IMG/VR virus record: IMGVR_UViG_3300035548_000645
Location: 1-48,634 of that record
DNA from: a virus
Lineage: Duplodnaviria > Caudoviricetes
Length of the DNA stretch: 48,634 nt
Direction: 5' to 3' (one strand)
This document shows positions 26,348-35,698 of this stretch, piece after piece. Below the pieces are notes generated by a model, which worked only from the letters and a program-made list of their open reading frames with translations, was not told where the DNA came from and ran no database searches. The translations under genes and the position numbers were made by a program. Position 1 is the first letter of the stretch. Every line of letters begins with the position of its first letter.

Positions 26348-28768
26348 CTACCTCCTGACAACCTGTTGTTTCGCACCTGTGCTGGAACGCATGGCCCGGT
26401 TGAGCGACGAGCCGGGCGTGGCGAGCTGCTTGGCCGCGGCGTCGCCGATCATGACGTCGAGCCGGGAATTGCCGTAATTGTCGGTGCTCTTGCGCGTGGT
26501 CACCGCCTGTCCCGTACCGTTGTGGATGTTCACCTGGACATTGCCGCCGCCACCGTTGCCGCCGACGGCCTGCACGCCGAGATCGCCGGAGGCCGTCCTG
26601 GCCAGCGGGAACACGCCTTCCGTGCCGGCCTCTCCGAGTACGCCGCCGTTGGCGAACCTGGAGTAATGCCGGTCAAACCCGAAAAAGGTGGGGCTGCTGT
26701 ATATCCCGTTGGACAGCGAGGAGATGCCCCGGCCGGAAAGGACGTTGCCCTGGGCGGACCCGAGCAGGCCGTCAAAGATATCGCCGATGCCGCCGGTGAG
26801 GAATCCGGCAACGGGTTGGGCGATCTTGATTTTGACCATCTCGGCATACACCGCGTTGAAGAAATCCATGGCCGAGATCTTGGCCCCGGTGAAGGTGTTG
26901 GTGATGGTGGACTCCAGGCCGCCGTAGACGGTCCGCGCCATGTCGGCCTGATCCTGCATGGCGTCCATGGAATCCTCGGCATAGACCTGCCATGCCGTGC
27001 GGCTCTTCTTCGCCGCTTCGACGGCGGCCTGCGCCGCCCGCTTCGAGGCCTCGATCTGCTCCTGGTTGATGGCGGCTATCTGCCGGGCGAGCCCCGCATC
27101 GAGCGCCGCGGTATCCAATCCAGCTTCGGTGGCCTTCTCCTTCAGGTCGTCGTAATAGCGCGTGGCCTCGCGCCGCCGGCATTCGTACTCGTCCAGGGTG
27201 TAGCGTTCGATCTCCCGGCTTATCTCCTGCTGCGCGGCCGTGGCGTCCGCAACCTTCTGCGCATTGGCCTTGGCCTCCTCGTCGGCGATGGACGCCAGAG
27301 ACAGGCGGCGGCGCTCCCCGGCCTGGGCGATCAGCTCCTCACTCTTGCCGGCGATCTCCAGATCCTTCTGGTAGGTCCGCTCGTCCTCGGCCCTGGCGAA
27401 GGCGTACTGGTCAAGGGTCAACCGCTGGATCTCGCGGGTCAGGCTTTCCTGAAGCTTGAGCTGCTGGTCGGACAGAGGGGTTGGAGGGGTGACCGGCTCG
27501 GTCCACGGCGTTGGGCGCGCACCGGAGTATTCCTTGTTGCGCGGGTCAACGGACTCCGAAGGGGGGCTGGCGATGAGGAGCGATTTCGGGAGGGATTGTC
27601 CCTTGGCGGCCTCAAGCGCCGCCTTGTAGTCGTCGGTCATCTTTCCGGAGAAGTCGTTCTTCCCCGACAGGACGCCCGGCAGGATTTTCCACATGAATTC
27701 ACGGTAGCTCTTGTCGATAGAGCCACCCGGCATGAAGTCTCCCAGCGTCGTATCCTTGTACCCCTCGGGAGCGGCCATCAGCAGCCCGGACTTCTCGGCC
27801 GCGATCTCCATGATCTTTTGCAGTTCATCCGTTCCGCGCTTGATGACGTAGAGAGCCGATATGATCTTGGCAGGCCCGAAGGATCCGAAAAGCTTGTATC
27901 CGATGTAACCGAGTCCGGCGGTTTGCAACAGGCCGCTGTCCGCAGCGCCGGACACGACCCCCTTGAAGCTCTTGACCTGTTCGATCGTTCGCCGGACGTA
28001 GTCGGGCACATCCTGGGTAAGCAGTTCCCGGTTCGCTCTGACCCATTCAAAGGTTCCGTTGGCTATATCGATGATGTCGGGGGACAGCTCGGCCAGGGTG
28101 GACCGCAGGCGGGCCTTGATCAGCATCTCCATCTTGGTCAGCTGGTCGTTCGCCTTTTCGGAGCTGCGCACCAACCGTTCTTCGACGACCAGGCCGAGCT
28201 CGTTGGCCTCGCGCCGCATGCCGAGCAGCTGGGCGGACCCGCCGCGCAGCATGTTGACCAACGCCGCGCCCTCGCTGTCGAACAGCTTGAAGGCGATGCG
28301 CAGGGCCTCCTGGTCGGACTCGGCGTTCTTGATCACCTCGGACCAGTCGCCGAGCAGGTCTATGTTGGAACGCATAGACCCGTCGGCGTTGCGCAGCTCC
28401 ACGCCGTACTGCTTGGACGTCTTGAGCAGTTCGCCCTGGCCCTGGGCCACCTCGCCCAGTCTCCGGGAAAACCGCTGCATGCCCATGTCCAGCTGGTTCT
28501 GCGCCACTCCGGCCAGATTGGCCGCGTAGCGCAACTCCTGGAGCTGGTCCGTGGTCAGGCCGACCTTGTCCGCCACCTTGCCGATCTTGTCCGTGGCCTC
28601 GATGGACTGCCGGACCATGGCCGCCATGCCGGCCACCGCTCCGCCCATCAGGGCGTTGCGCATGGAGAACAGCTCGCTGGTCAGGTTGCGGCTGACCAGC
28701 CCGATCCGGCGCATGGTACTGGTGGCCAGGTCCTTGGCGGATACGATGATCTGTGTCTGTGCGGCCAT
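26348..28768 (-). CDS. Tape measure protein
   Basis: 806-aa Ala-rich helical protein with lambda-type C-terminal FANGG...GEAG.EGVFPL. Confidence 0.92.
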   Translation of the reverse strand: MAAQTQIIVSAKDLATSTMRRIGLVSRNLTSELFSMRNALMGGAVAGMAAMVRQSIEATDKIGKVADKVGLTTDQLQELRYAANLAGVAQNQLDMGMQRFSRRLGEVAQGQGELLKTSKQYGVELRNADGSMRSNIDLLGDWSEVIKNAESDQEALRIAFKLFDSEGAALVNMLRGGSAQLLGMRREANELGLVVEERLVRSSEKANDQLTKMEMLIKARLRSTLAELSPDIIDIANGTFEWVRANRELLTQDVPDYVRRTIEQVKSFKGVVSGAADSGLLQTAGLGYIGYKLFGSFGPAKIISALYVIKRGTDELQKIMEIAAEKSGLLMAAPEGYKDTTLGDFMPGGSIDKSYREFMWKILPGVLSGKNDFSGKMTDDYKAALEAAKGQSLPKSLLIASPPSESVDPRNKEYSGARPTPWTEPVTPPTPLSDQQLKLQESLTREIQRLTLDQYAFARAEDERTYQKDLEIAGKSEELIAQAGERRRLSLASIADEEAKANAQKVADATAAQQEISREIERYTLDEYECRRREATRYYDDLKEKATEAGLDTAALDAGLARQIAAINQEQIEASKRAAQAAVEAAKKSRTAWQVYAEDSMDAMQDQADMARTVYGGLESTITNTFTGAKISAMDFFNAVYAEMVKIKIAQPVAGFLTGGIGDIFDGLLGSAQGNVLSGRGISSLSNGIYSSPTFFGFDRHYSRFANGGVLGEAGTEGVFPLARTASGDLGVQAVGGNGGGGNVQVNIHNGTGQAVTTRKSTDNYGNSRLDVMIGDAAAKQLATPGSSLNRAMRSSTGAKQQVVRR

Positions 28769-28815
28769 CTATTACCCCGATTGACTTTTGATATCCCGTG
28801 ACCTATTTGTTGATC

Positions 28816-29034
28816 ATGAAGCCGATCAGCCCCGGAGACACCTACACGCGCGAGCAGATGCTCGACCCGAAGCTGCACGAATCGCCCACTGCGGGCGAAT
28901 TGCTTGATGCGTCGTTCGACGCTGCGGGGAAGGGTGCCAAGGCCGGATTCGGAGCTGTCGGGAAGATCCTCAAGTTCATCTTCTGGACCGTCATCTTCCT
29001 GGCCGCGCTCAAGTTCCTGCTCCCGCTCTTGTAG
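28816..29034 (+). CDS. Counter-oriented moron, 72-aa membrane protein
   Basis: C-terminal TM helix; TTGACT-17-TATTTG ends 6 nt before the ATG. Confidence 0.65.
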   Translation: MKPISPGDTYTREQMLDPKLHESPTAGELLDASFDAAGKGAKAGFGAVGKILKFIFWTVIFLAALKFLLPLL

Positions 29035-29377
29035 CCCGCCGCCGCTCTTCCATCCGTTCCGCCTGCCGTTCCAGCACGGCCCCTTCCAGGACCTGGACCT
29101 TTGCGAACGTGCGCGGGGTGCAACGCACCGGCGGCATGAGCATGGCCGCCGTCTCGCGGATGACCGAGTAATCCAGCCCGGTGACGCCGAAGCCCGACGA
29201 CCGCCACTGCGTGGACAGGCCGCACCACAAGCGCCACGCCGCCGCGTTTTCCGGCCAGAGCTCCGGCCCCTGTCCGTACTCGCACGCCTCGCACTCCGCC
29301 CCGGATTCGCCGCACGTCCGGCAGTAGTCTAGTCGGTCCGGGTCGGTTCGCCATGCCCAGACCTCGTGAAGTTTTTT
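29009..29377 (-). CDS. Tail assembly chaperone gpT-like part (DUF1799-like), reached by -1 frameshift
   Basis: LWPEN..AW.LW...STQWR...GLDY; no own start codon; slippery A AAA AAC at 29371-29377. Confidence 0.8.
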   Translation of the reverse strand, partial: KKLHEVWAWRTDPDRLDYCRTCGESGAECEACEYGQGPELWPENAAAWRLWCGLSTQWRSSGFGVTGLDYSVIRETAAMLMPPVRCTPRTFAKVQVLEGAVLERQAERMEERRRATRAGAGT

Positions 29378-29625
29378 ATTTCGTCCCGCAGCCCGAAGGT
29401 GGCCATGGTGATCATGGCGTTCAGGGTGTTGACGTCGCGGGTGGACGCTTTGAGCTGCGCGTAGACGTCCTCGCCGTAGGCCGTTTCGATAACCCACTGG
29501 GCCACTTCGAGCCCCTTGATCGGGTCGCCCTTGGCCTCGGCCTCGCGGCGCAGGTATTCCTTGGAGTCGTCCACCCCCAGGGTCAGGCATTCGTCCGGGT
29601 TTTTGGGAAAGGTGAATTCGCTCAT
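29329..29625 (-). CDS. Tail assembly chaperone gpG-like
   Basis: Between tail tube and tape measure genes; EIKN at the slippery site. Confidence 0.8.
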   Translation of the reverse strand: MSEFTFPKNPDECLTLGVDDSKEYLRREAEAKGDPIKGLEVAQWVIETAYGEDVYAQLKASTRDVNTLNAMITMATFGLRDEIKNFTRSGHGEPTRTD

Positions 29626-29628
29626 GTG

Positions 29629-31068
29629 CTACTCCGTCCAGGTTTTGATTTCGTTCTTGAGGGTGACCACGATGGCCGATCCGGACACGCCGGTGTCGTA
29701 AAACGCCCGGTACCCGAACTCCTCCTTGATCCCCTTGGGACCGGGGAATCCGGGCGTCTTGCGCTCGATCTCGGTCTCCTCCATGGACACGGTCAGGCCG
29801 TACCCGCCTTTGTACCAACCGAATTGCAGGGGGGTGCAGGTCTCGGCCTCGGCCCGGTCCAGGAACCGGGTGGAGGTGAACAGGCCGGAGATGTTGCCGG
29901 ACAACCCCATGATGCCTTCGGGCAGGGCCACGCGGCGGCCGCCGGACCCGATGGTGTACTGGTCGTCGCCGTCGTCCAGGTCGGCGTTGATGCTCAGCGT
30001 CAGGGAATTCATCCGGTTGCCGATGGTCTCGCCGTTGTCGACCACCCGGGCGTCCCCCTGGCTGAAGCGCACCATCGGGTACTGCACGGCCACGTCGCCC
30101 TCATCGACGTCGAAGGGATCGGAGCTCTTCTGCTCGTCCACGCCGACCAGGGACAGGGACACGCTCACCACGCCGGAGCCGCCCGCCGACAGATCGGCGG
30201 ATCCCACCTTGAGCCCGTAGGCGTGCAGGTACAGCGGGATGTCGGGGAACCGCTTCTCCACGGTGATGGACGGCATCTCGAAATCGAGCGAGTCGTCGAT
30301 GACGTAGACGTGCTCGTAGAACAGGCAATCCGCGACCTCGTCGCCGTTCAGGGTTTCGGCCGCATAGGTCGCGGTGACCGCGATCACGCTGGTCGTGGTG
30401 CCGCGCTTGATCGTGTAGGTCGCGTCGTAGTTGTCGGTCCCGGCCACGGTGATCTCTGCGCCCACGGGCAGGCCGTGGCCGGCGCAGGGCAGGCCGACCA
30501 GGCCGCCGCCGATGTCGGTCACCGGTTCGGCGTCCAGGGTCACGCGCCGCGCCGGCGTCACGGTGTCCGACGAGGACACCAGTTCGGCGGCGTAGGTGGC
30601 GGTGATGACCAGCTGGTTCGCAGAGGTTTCCGGGGCCAGGGTGTGATAGCCGTCGTAGCCGACAGTGCCGTCGATGAGCACGGTCGTCCCCGGCTCGAGC
30701 CCGTGCGCGGTGGCGGGCAGCCCCACCTTTCCGCTGCCGAGATCCACGGCGTTGTCGTCGTCCAGGTTCACCGCGCCGACCACGGTGGTGGAGGGCGCGC
30801 CGAAAAGCGCCTTGAGCCACAGGCCGATGGCGTGGGCATCCACCGGCACGGTCGCGGGGCCGGATTCGTCGATGTTGCCGCGCACCGGAGCCGAGGGGTT
30901 CCGGCTGCCGCGGATCAGCGGATCGTCTTCCAGCGCCTGGCTGGCGCTCGGCTCGAACGTGTTGAACGGGATCAGGTACGGTTTCCGGGTCCCCTTCGCG
31001 TTGATCGCGCCGAAGGCCGTCTCGAAGCCCATCAGGGCCTTGCCCTTGAATCCTTTTGCCTGAGTCAT
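29629..31068 (-). CDS. Major tail tube protein with a two-repeat insertion
   Basis: GFETAFG N-terminus, PSITVEKRF, IVVTLKN C-terminus; internal HGL..G repeats. Confidence 0.85.
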   Translation of the reverse strand: MTQAKGFKGKALMGFETAFGAINAKGTRKPYLIPFNTFEPSASQALEDDPLIRGSRNPSAPVRGNIDESGPATVPVDAHAIGLWLKALFGAPSTTVVGAVNLDDDNAVDLGSGKVGLPATAHGLEPGTTVLIDGTVGYDGYHTLAPETSANQLVITATYAAELVSSSDTVTPARRVTLDAEPVTDIGGGLVGLPCAGHGLPVGAEITVAGTDNYDATYTIKRGTTTSVIAVTATYAAETLNGDEVADCLFYEHVYVIDDSLDFEMPSITVEKRFPDIPLYLHAYGLKVGSADLSAGGSGVVSVSLSLVGVDEQKSSDPFDVDEGDVAVQYPMVRFSQGDARVVDNGETIGNRMNSLTLSINADLDDGDDQYTIGSGGRRVALPEGIMGLSGNISGLFTSTRFLDRAEAETCTPLQFGWYKGGYGLTVSMEETEIERKTPGFPGPKGIKEEFGYRAFYDTGVSGSAIVVTLKNEIKTWTE

Positions 31069-31077
31069 GGTCGCCTC

Positions 31078-31536
31078 CTAAAGCCCCAACGTGTTGGGGA
31101 TGTTGACGGTGATGAAAATGTGCCGCTCGAAGTAGCCCCTGCCGGGGTTGGACTTCTCGGCCTGCCAGTCCGACAGGGGGTATTCCAGCGCGGACAAATA
31201 GCCGCGGACGATGGCTTCCATCCGTTTGAGGGTCTGGCCGCCCAGGTAACGAACGCCGCGCCCGTCGTCATCGGACGTCTTGGCTTTGTCATTGATGCCC
31301 AGCACCACCATGACCACGTGCGCCCCTATCTCGATCTCCTCGCCGTCCCGGTCCGAAATGGGGATGACCCCGATGAAGGGCGCGTCGCGGCTGCCCTCCG
31401 GATCGCGCGGATCGAAATCCAGGAAGAGGCTCGGCTTGCATCCGAACTCCGCTTCGCAGAAATCGTTGACCTCCACGGACGAAAGCAAACCTTCGTACCA
31501 GGCGGTGGCGATGTCGCAGCTGTCGGTAAAGTCCAT
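31078..31536 (-). CDS. Probable tail terminator/completion protein
   Basis: Acidic 152-aa protein just before the tail tube gene. Confidence 0.6.
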   Translation of the reverse strand: MDFTDSCDIATAWYEGLLSSVEVNDFCEAEFGCKPSLFLDFDPRDPEGSRDAPFIGVIPISDRDGEEIEIGAHVVMVVLGINDKAKTSDDDGRGVRYLGGQTLKRMEAIVRGYLSALEYPLSDWQAEKSNPGRGYFERHIFITVNIPNTLGL

Positions 31537-31545
31537 GTCCGTCTC

Positions 31546-32181
31546 CTATGCAGCCTTGCCGAAGCGGCTTTCGCTCCGGCCAAGGTATTCGGAAATCTTC
31601 GTCTCGATGCGCCGCCCGATCTCTTCACGGGAGTCCTCGAACACGGGGCGGATCAGCTCGCGCCCCTTGGTCTCGATGGTGGCGCCCTTGGGGATGCCCA
31701 GCCCGGAGGCGGCGAAAAAGCGTTTCATCTTGCCCGTGACCTGGGTGGAGAACCCGGCTTGCAGCTTGGCCGCCTTGGAGGCGGCGGACGACGACAGCCA
31801 CCCGACCCGCACCCGCATGAGCGTCTTGTCGCGCTTGTAGCCGACCGCCTTGACCAGGGCGCCGAAGGCATGGGTGGCCGGGGTGCGGAGGCTCTTGCCC
31901 AACCGTTCGCGCTTGACGTCGTCCAGGGTGCGCAACCGTTGGATGTCGGACAGCGGCGGCCAGTTGGTATGCGGCGGATTCTCCTCGTAGGCCGCGTCCT
32001 GAATGCGTTTGCGCAACCACCATCCGACCGACCCCAGGGCCTTGGTGAATTCCTTGGGGAACGACTTGGCCAGGTAGGTCAGAAACGGCGTGACCCCGTC
32101 CTGCACGGTGACCATGGTCCCGGTCTTGGCGTCGCTGAACGAGTAGTTCCGCCCCTTGATGTTGACGGTGTCCAGGCTCAT
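31546..32181 (-). CDS. Probable neck/tail completion protein
   Basis: Basic protein in the head-tail joining position. Confidence 0.6.
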   Translation of the reverse strand: MSLDTVNIKGRNYSFSDAKTGTMVTVQDGVTPFLTYLAKSFPKEFTKALGSVGWWLRKRIQDAAYEENPPHTNWPPLSDIQRLRTLDDVKRERLGKSLRTPATHAFGALVKAVGYKRDKTLMRVRVGWLSSSAASKAAKLQAGFSTQVTGKMKRFFAASGLGIPKGATIETKGRELIRPVFEDSREEIGRRIETKISEYLGRSESRFGKAA

Positions 32182-32525
32182 CGGAACGTCCCCCGCTGAT
32201 CGGCCACGCCGTAGAGCACCCACCAGACCTTGTCCGGGCCGGTCTCGGGCGTGGCCTTGGCCGCCCGCACCTCGAACTCGCGGCCGTCAAAGGTCACGGT
32301 GTCGCAGTACTGCGGCTCAGCCTCCAGCCGCCCGTAAGGAATCCTGAACTCCACATACCGGGCCTGGCCCTCGAAAAAATCCGAGTCCCACCCGGACGGC
32401 GGCATGCCGAACCCGTGATCCTTGACCAGGGCGTCATGGCTGCCCGCCTCCCCCTCCTTGGGGGTGTAGACGATGGGCTGCCCCTTGCGGGCGAGCAGGG
32501 CGCTGGAGACGTGGTCGAGGCTCAC
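32178..32525 (-). CDS. Head-tail joining protein (gpFII-like)
   Basis: G.PIVYTP, P...DTVTFDG..FEV. Confidence 0.7.
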   Translation of the reverse strand: MSLDHVSSALLARKGQPIVYTPKEGEAGSHDALVKDHGFGMPPSGWDSDFFEGQARYVEFRIPYGRLEAEPQYCDTVTFDGREFEVRAAKATPETGPDKVWWVLYGVADQRGTFR

Positions 32526-33106
32526 TTGGAACCCCCGAACAATTTTCCAGCCAAACCAGAGACCAAGCCGGAAGACTCGCCCGCCTCGACGCGCTGCTTT
32601 TTGCCACGATGCCAGGAGGCTACGCCGAGGATCGCGCCGGGAATGGCGAACAGGGTGGCAAATGCCGCCACCACCTCCGGAATCATTTTCAAGGCGCCCG
32701 CATCACGACTCGCAACGGCGTCAAAAGCCAACCAGCAGCACAGGCCACACACGAAAAGAAACGCTACCGCCGAGGAAAACCCCCAGAACGGACGCCAGCG
32801 CCTGGTCCACGGGTCCTCGGATTTAGCCTCGGTCTGCATGGTCTTGTTGACCGTGCCTATGCGCTTGGTCTCCTCGCGGAAAAATTCCAGCTCGATCTCG
32901 CGGCAACGAGTCTCGAACTGCACCAGGAGCGCCGGGTCGTTTTTGAGCGCCTCGGCGGCGGTCTCGGGATCGCGGGAACCGGTCACGGTTTCCGCGACGT
33001 CGAGCAGCTTTTCGCCGATGGATTTGTCCTTGGCATCGTCGCCGGTGAAGCACTCCACCACGGACGGCACCAGGGACAGGAGCGGGAGCAGAGCCGGAAG
33101 CATCAC
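32522..33106 (-). CDS. Holin (3TM family)
   Basis: TMQTEAKSEDPWTRRWRPFWG motif plus TM helices. Confidence 0.8.
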   Translation of the reverse strand: MMLPALLPLLSLVPSVVECFTGDDAKDKSIGEKLLDVAETVTGSRDPETAAEALKNDPALLVQFETRCREIELEFFREETKRIGTVNKTMQTEAKSEDPWTRRWRPFWGFSSAVAFLFVCGLCCWLAFDAVASRDAGALKMIPEVVAAFATLFAIPGAILGVASWHRGKKQRVEAGESSGLVSGLAGKLFGGSK

Positions 33107-33519
33107 GCCACCTCCTCGATGATGGTGAGCTGGAATTCATCCACGCCCTCCAGGATTTTCATGAATTCGGTGTGAGCCTCGCGGCTCCGCCAGACGGCCG
33201 GAACATCTTCGGCCCTGGACATTCCGAGCAGCACGCACCCGTCGGTGTTGCTCGGGTAGTTGCCCCAGTGGAAAAGGATGTGCGTCCGGCCTTCCACGTC
33301 CGCGATCTCGAACGTCAGGCCGTAGGTCGGCGACACCACCACACGGCAGCGGTACGTCTTGGCCGGGATGCAGGACACGTTGTGCCGGTTGTCGAGCCAG
33401 GGATTCTCCAGGGTCTCGAACCGGGCCACAACGGCGTCGATCTCGTCGTAGAGGAAAATCTGTCCCAGGGAGCAGCGCTCGTCCTGGTGGTCGCGGATGA
33501 GCTCGGCGCGGAAGATCAC
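33103..33519 (-). CDS. Endolysin candidate (DUF5675 family)
   Basis: TLENPW..N...SCIP...Y, GRTHILFHWGN...TDGCVLLG; GTG start overlaps the upstream stop. Confidence 0.8.
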   Translation of the reverse strand: MIFRAELIRDHQDERCSLGQIFLYDEIDAVVARFETLENPWLDNRHNVSCIPAKTYRCRVVVSPTYGLTFEIADVEGRTHILFHWGNYPSNTDGCVLLGMSRAEDVPAVWRSREAHTEFMKILEGVDEFQLTIIEEVA

Positions 33520-33794
33520 GAATCCACCCCTCGGTCGTTCAAAACCTTTTCCTTTTCCTCCGCGCTCATGTCGGAATGAATGACCAGTGCCCTGACCATC
33601 CTGTAGAGAACCTGGCGCGCTTCTTTGTCGTCGGCGTGCTGTTTGTCGCAAGCCTCCTGTTCGGCGGTGTGTCGTTTATCGCAGTCGGTGCAGGTGACGT
33701 ACTTTCTACCGCGCCAGAGCGGGATCAATACGCCGGAGACCACGGCAACCAGCAAGGCGGCGAGGGAGGCTTCTACAGGAGTAACGATCATCAT
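33516..33794 (-). CDS. Small N-terminal TM protein of the lysis cassette
   Basis: TM helix then YVT...C...H, L.RMVRALV. Confidence 0.7.
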   Translation of the reverse strand: MMIVTPVEASLAALLVAVVSGVLIPLWRGRKYVTCTDCDKRHTAEQEACDKQHADDKEARQVLYRMVRALVIHSDMSAEEKEKVLNDRGVDS

Positions 33795-33879
33795 CTCTCT
33801 CTGGGTTTCCCCCTCCTCGGGGCGGCTCGGCCAATGACGGTAAGCCGGGCCGCCCCTTCGATGAGGAGGTTGTTCGTGA

Positions 33880-34278
33880 CTATTTGTCGGCCTTGGTCGC
33901 CGCCCGGAGCCGCTCCTGGATCTCGGTGACGGAATCCTTGAGACTCGGGGCCTCGGGGTCCAGTTCGAGAACGGCCTCGGTCAGGGTCTGGATGCCTTTC
34001 TCCGCGATCAAAGCGAGGTTGGCGGAGCGCTGCGCAGACGCCTTGACCTTCTTCAACTCGGCCTGCATCTCCGCGACCTTGGCCTGGGCTGCCTTGACGG
34101 CCTCGTTTTCCAGGGTGTCGACGTTGACGATCTTGCTCGGGTCCATTGCATGGCCTGCTTCGATCATCTTGTCAGCCTCCGCAACAGGCACGGGGACAGT
34201 CGAACCAGGCAGATGCGTATCGCCCTTCTTGTCCACGTAGGAGACGGCCAGGAGTATCTTCTTGTTTTTAGCTGCCAT
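33880..34278 (-). CDS. Hypothetical head-associated protein (gpFI position)
   Basis: GGAGG RBS before MAAKNKK; directly after the capsid gene. Confidence 0.65.
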   Translation of the reverse strand: MAAKNKKILLAVSYVDKKGDTHLPGSTVPVPVAEADKMIEAGHAMDPSKIVNVDTLENEAVKAAQAKVAEMQAELKKVKASAQRSANLALIAEKGIQTLTEAVLELDPEAPSLKDSVTEIQERLRAATKADK

Positions 34279-34288
34279 GACGTTCCTC

Positions 34289-35299
34289 CTAGCCGGTGAC
34301 CTTGACGTACACGAAGGCGTCGGGTTGCTTGTTCCAGGGCAGGGGTCTGGTCTCGCTGATGAACTCGACCTGCGAGGGGTCTTTGATGATGTTGGACTTG
34401 GTGAAGTATTCGGTGGGGCCGTCGCATTCGAGATCAGTGGGGCGACCATGCACAATGGTATTCTCGGAGTAGGTGCAGCCCAGGAGCACGTAGTTCGGGT
34501 CCATGAGCTTGACCAGACTGCCGGCATCGTCCTGGTAGGTGCCGCCGTAGCGGAAGACGTCCACACCCTGGACATGGCCCTGGTACGCCTTGCCGACCAC
34601 GGGCGAATAGCTGCCCAGGTCGATGCGGCGGTTGTCCAGCTCGGCCTGCACTTCCGCGTCGGTGCGGAAAACCTTGTGGGCGTTGATGCCGCAGACCATG
34701 GTGTCCACGGTCAGGCCGCAAGAATCGAGAACCAGGTCGGCCCACGTCTGCATGTTTTCCAGGATAGAGACGCCGGAATCGCCCCACTGAGCACCTGCGC
34801 CCAACACGATGATGTTGGCAGCCGGCATGCGGAAGTCGATCTCGAAGGCGATGTTGTCCTGGCTCGCCTGGATCTTGCCGCCGCACAGGGCATTGGCGGC
34901 CATGTACTCAACGGTGATCTCGCAGCGGTCCTTGGTATTCTGCAGGTCACGGGCGATGGCGGTCTCGACGCGGTCGTCGGTCACGCCGGCCTTGACCTGG
35001 CAGGGCTCGCCGGGCTTGACGGTCTCCAGCAGGTCGGCGGCGCTGAACACCTCCTTGGGGCGCAGGCGCGGCGTCTTGACGGTCTGGGCCTCGCGGGTGG
35101 TGCCGTCCACCAGAGTGCCGCCCTCGATGTCGGTGACAAAGGGGATCAGCTTTTTGCCGCCGATCACAGTGTGGATCTCGGCGGTGGTGGTGTCGAGGGT
35201 TTCGCGGTCGGGCTTGAAGAACAGCTCCTTGAACAGGCCCGGCTTGTGCGGGCGTTTGTTGATGACCCCGGTCAGGGTCTGGCGTTCAAACTGGATCAT
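34289..35299 (-). CDS. Major capsid protein (lambda gpE family)
   Basis: 336 aa; IDF.MP, DPS......TRPLP motifs; lambda head gene order. Confidence 0.92.
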   Translation of the reverse strand: MIQFERQTLTGVINKRPHKPGLFKELFFKPDRETLDTTTAEIHTVIGGKKLIPFVTDIEGGTLVDGTTREAQTVKTPRLRPKEVFSAADLLETVKPGEPCQVKAGVTDDRVETAIARDLQNTKDRCEITVEYMAANALCGGKIQASQDNIAFEIDFRMPAANIIVLGAGAQWGDSGVSILENMQTWADLVLDSCGLTVDTMVCGINAHKVFRTDAEVQAELDNRRIDLGSYSPVVGKAYQGHVQGVDVFRYGGTYQDDAGSLVKLMDPNYVLLGCTYSENTIVHGRPTDLECDGPTEYFTKSNIIKDPSQVEFISETRPLPWNKQPDAFVYVKVTG

Positions 35300-35311
35300 G
35301 ATGAAGTCTCC

Positions 35312-35686
35312 TTATTTGACGTAGATGCCCTTGGCTTCCAGGGTATCGTTAATGGTCACGACGTCGGCGGCATCGGCGGCCGGATCGTAGGTCAGACCGC
35401 TTTCACGGAACTCGCCGTGCCGGTAGGCCACGGACTTTTCGTCTCCGGCTGCCGGAATCGTGACGTCCTCGGCCAGGATGAGGTCGGCGGTCTCGGTGCC
35501 GTCCGCGTTGGCCAGGATGCACTGGTCATGCTTGCCGGAGGCGGTCACCTTGCCGAGAACGGTACCAGCCACGAGTTCACGCTCCGTGCCGCTGGAAACC
35601 AGGGTGATGGCCTTGGTCAGCGGCGGATGGCCGCCCATGAAATTGTTCTGCGACAGGGTTTCGCTGGCGCTGTAATCCTTGGTCAT
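35312..35686 (-). CDS. Head decoration protein (lambda gpD family)
   Basis: L.AGTVLGKVTASGK...DGTE.A..ILAED, Y.HGEF. Confidence 0.88.
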   Translation of the reverse strand: MTKDYSASETLSQNNFMGGHPPLTKAITLVSSGTERELVAGTVLGKVTASGKHDQCILANADGTETADLILAEDVTIPAAGDEKSVAYRHGEFRESGLTYDPAADAADVVTINDTLEAKGIYVK

Positions 35687-35698
35687 GATTCATTCCTC

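Noticed and set aside
25871-32199. Very long plus-strand ORFs (976 aa, 948 aa; likewise 2068-3762, 9128-11110, 21947-23938, 34262-36169)
   Set aside because: Antisense shadows of well-supported GC-rich minus-strand genes, with no recognisable motifs
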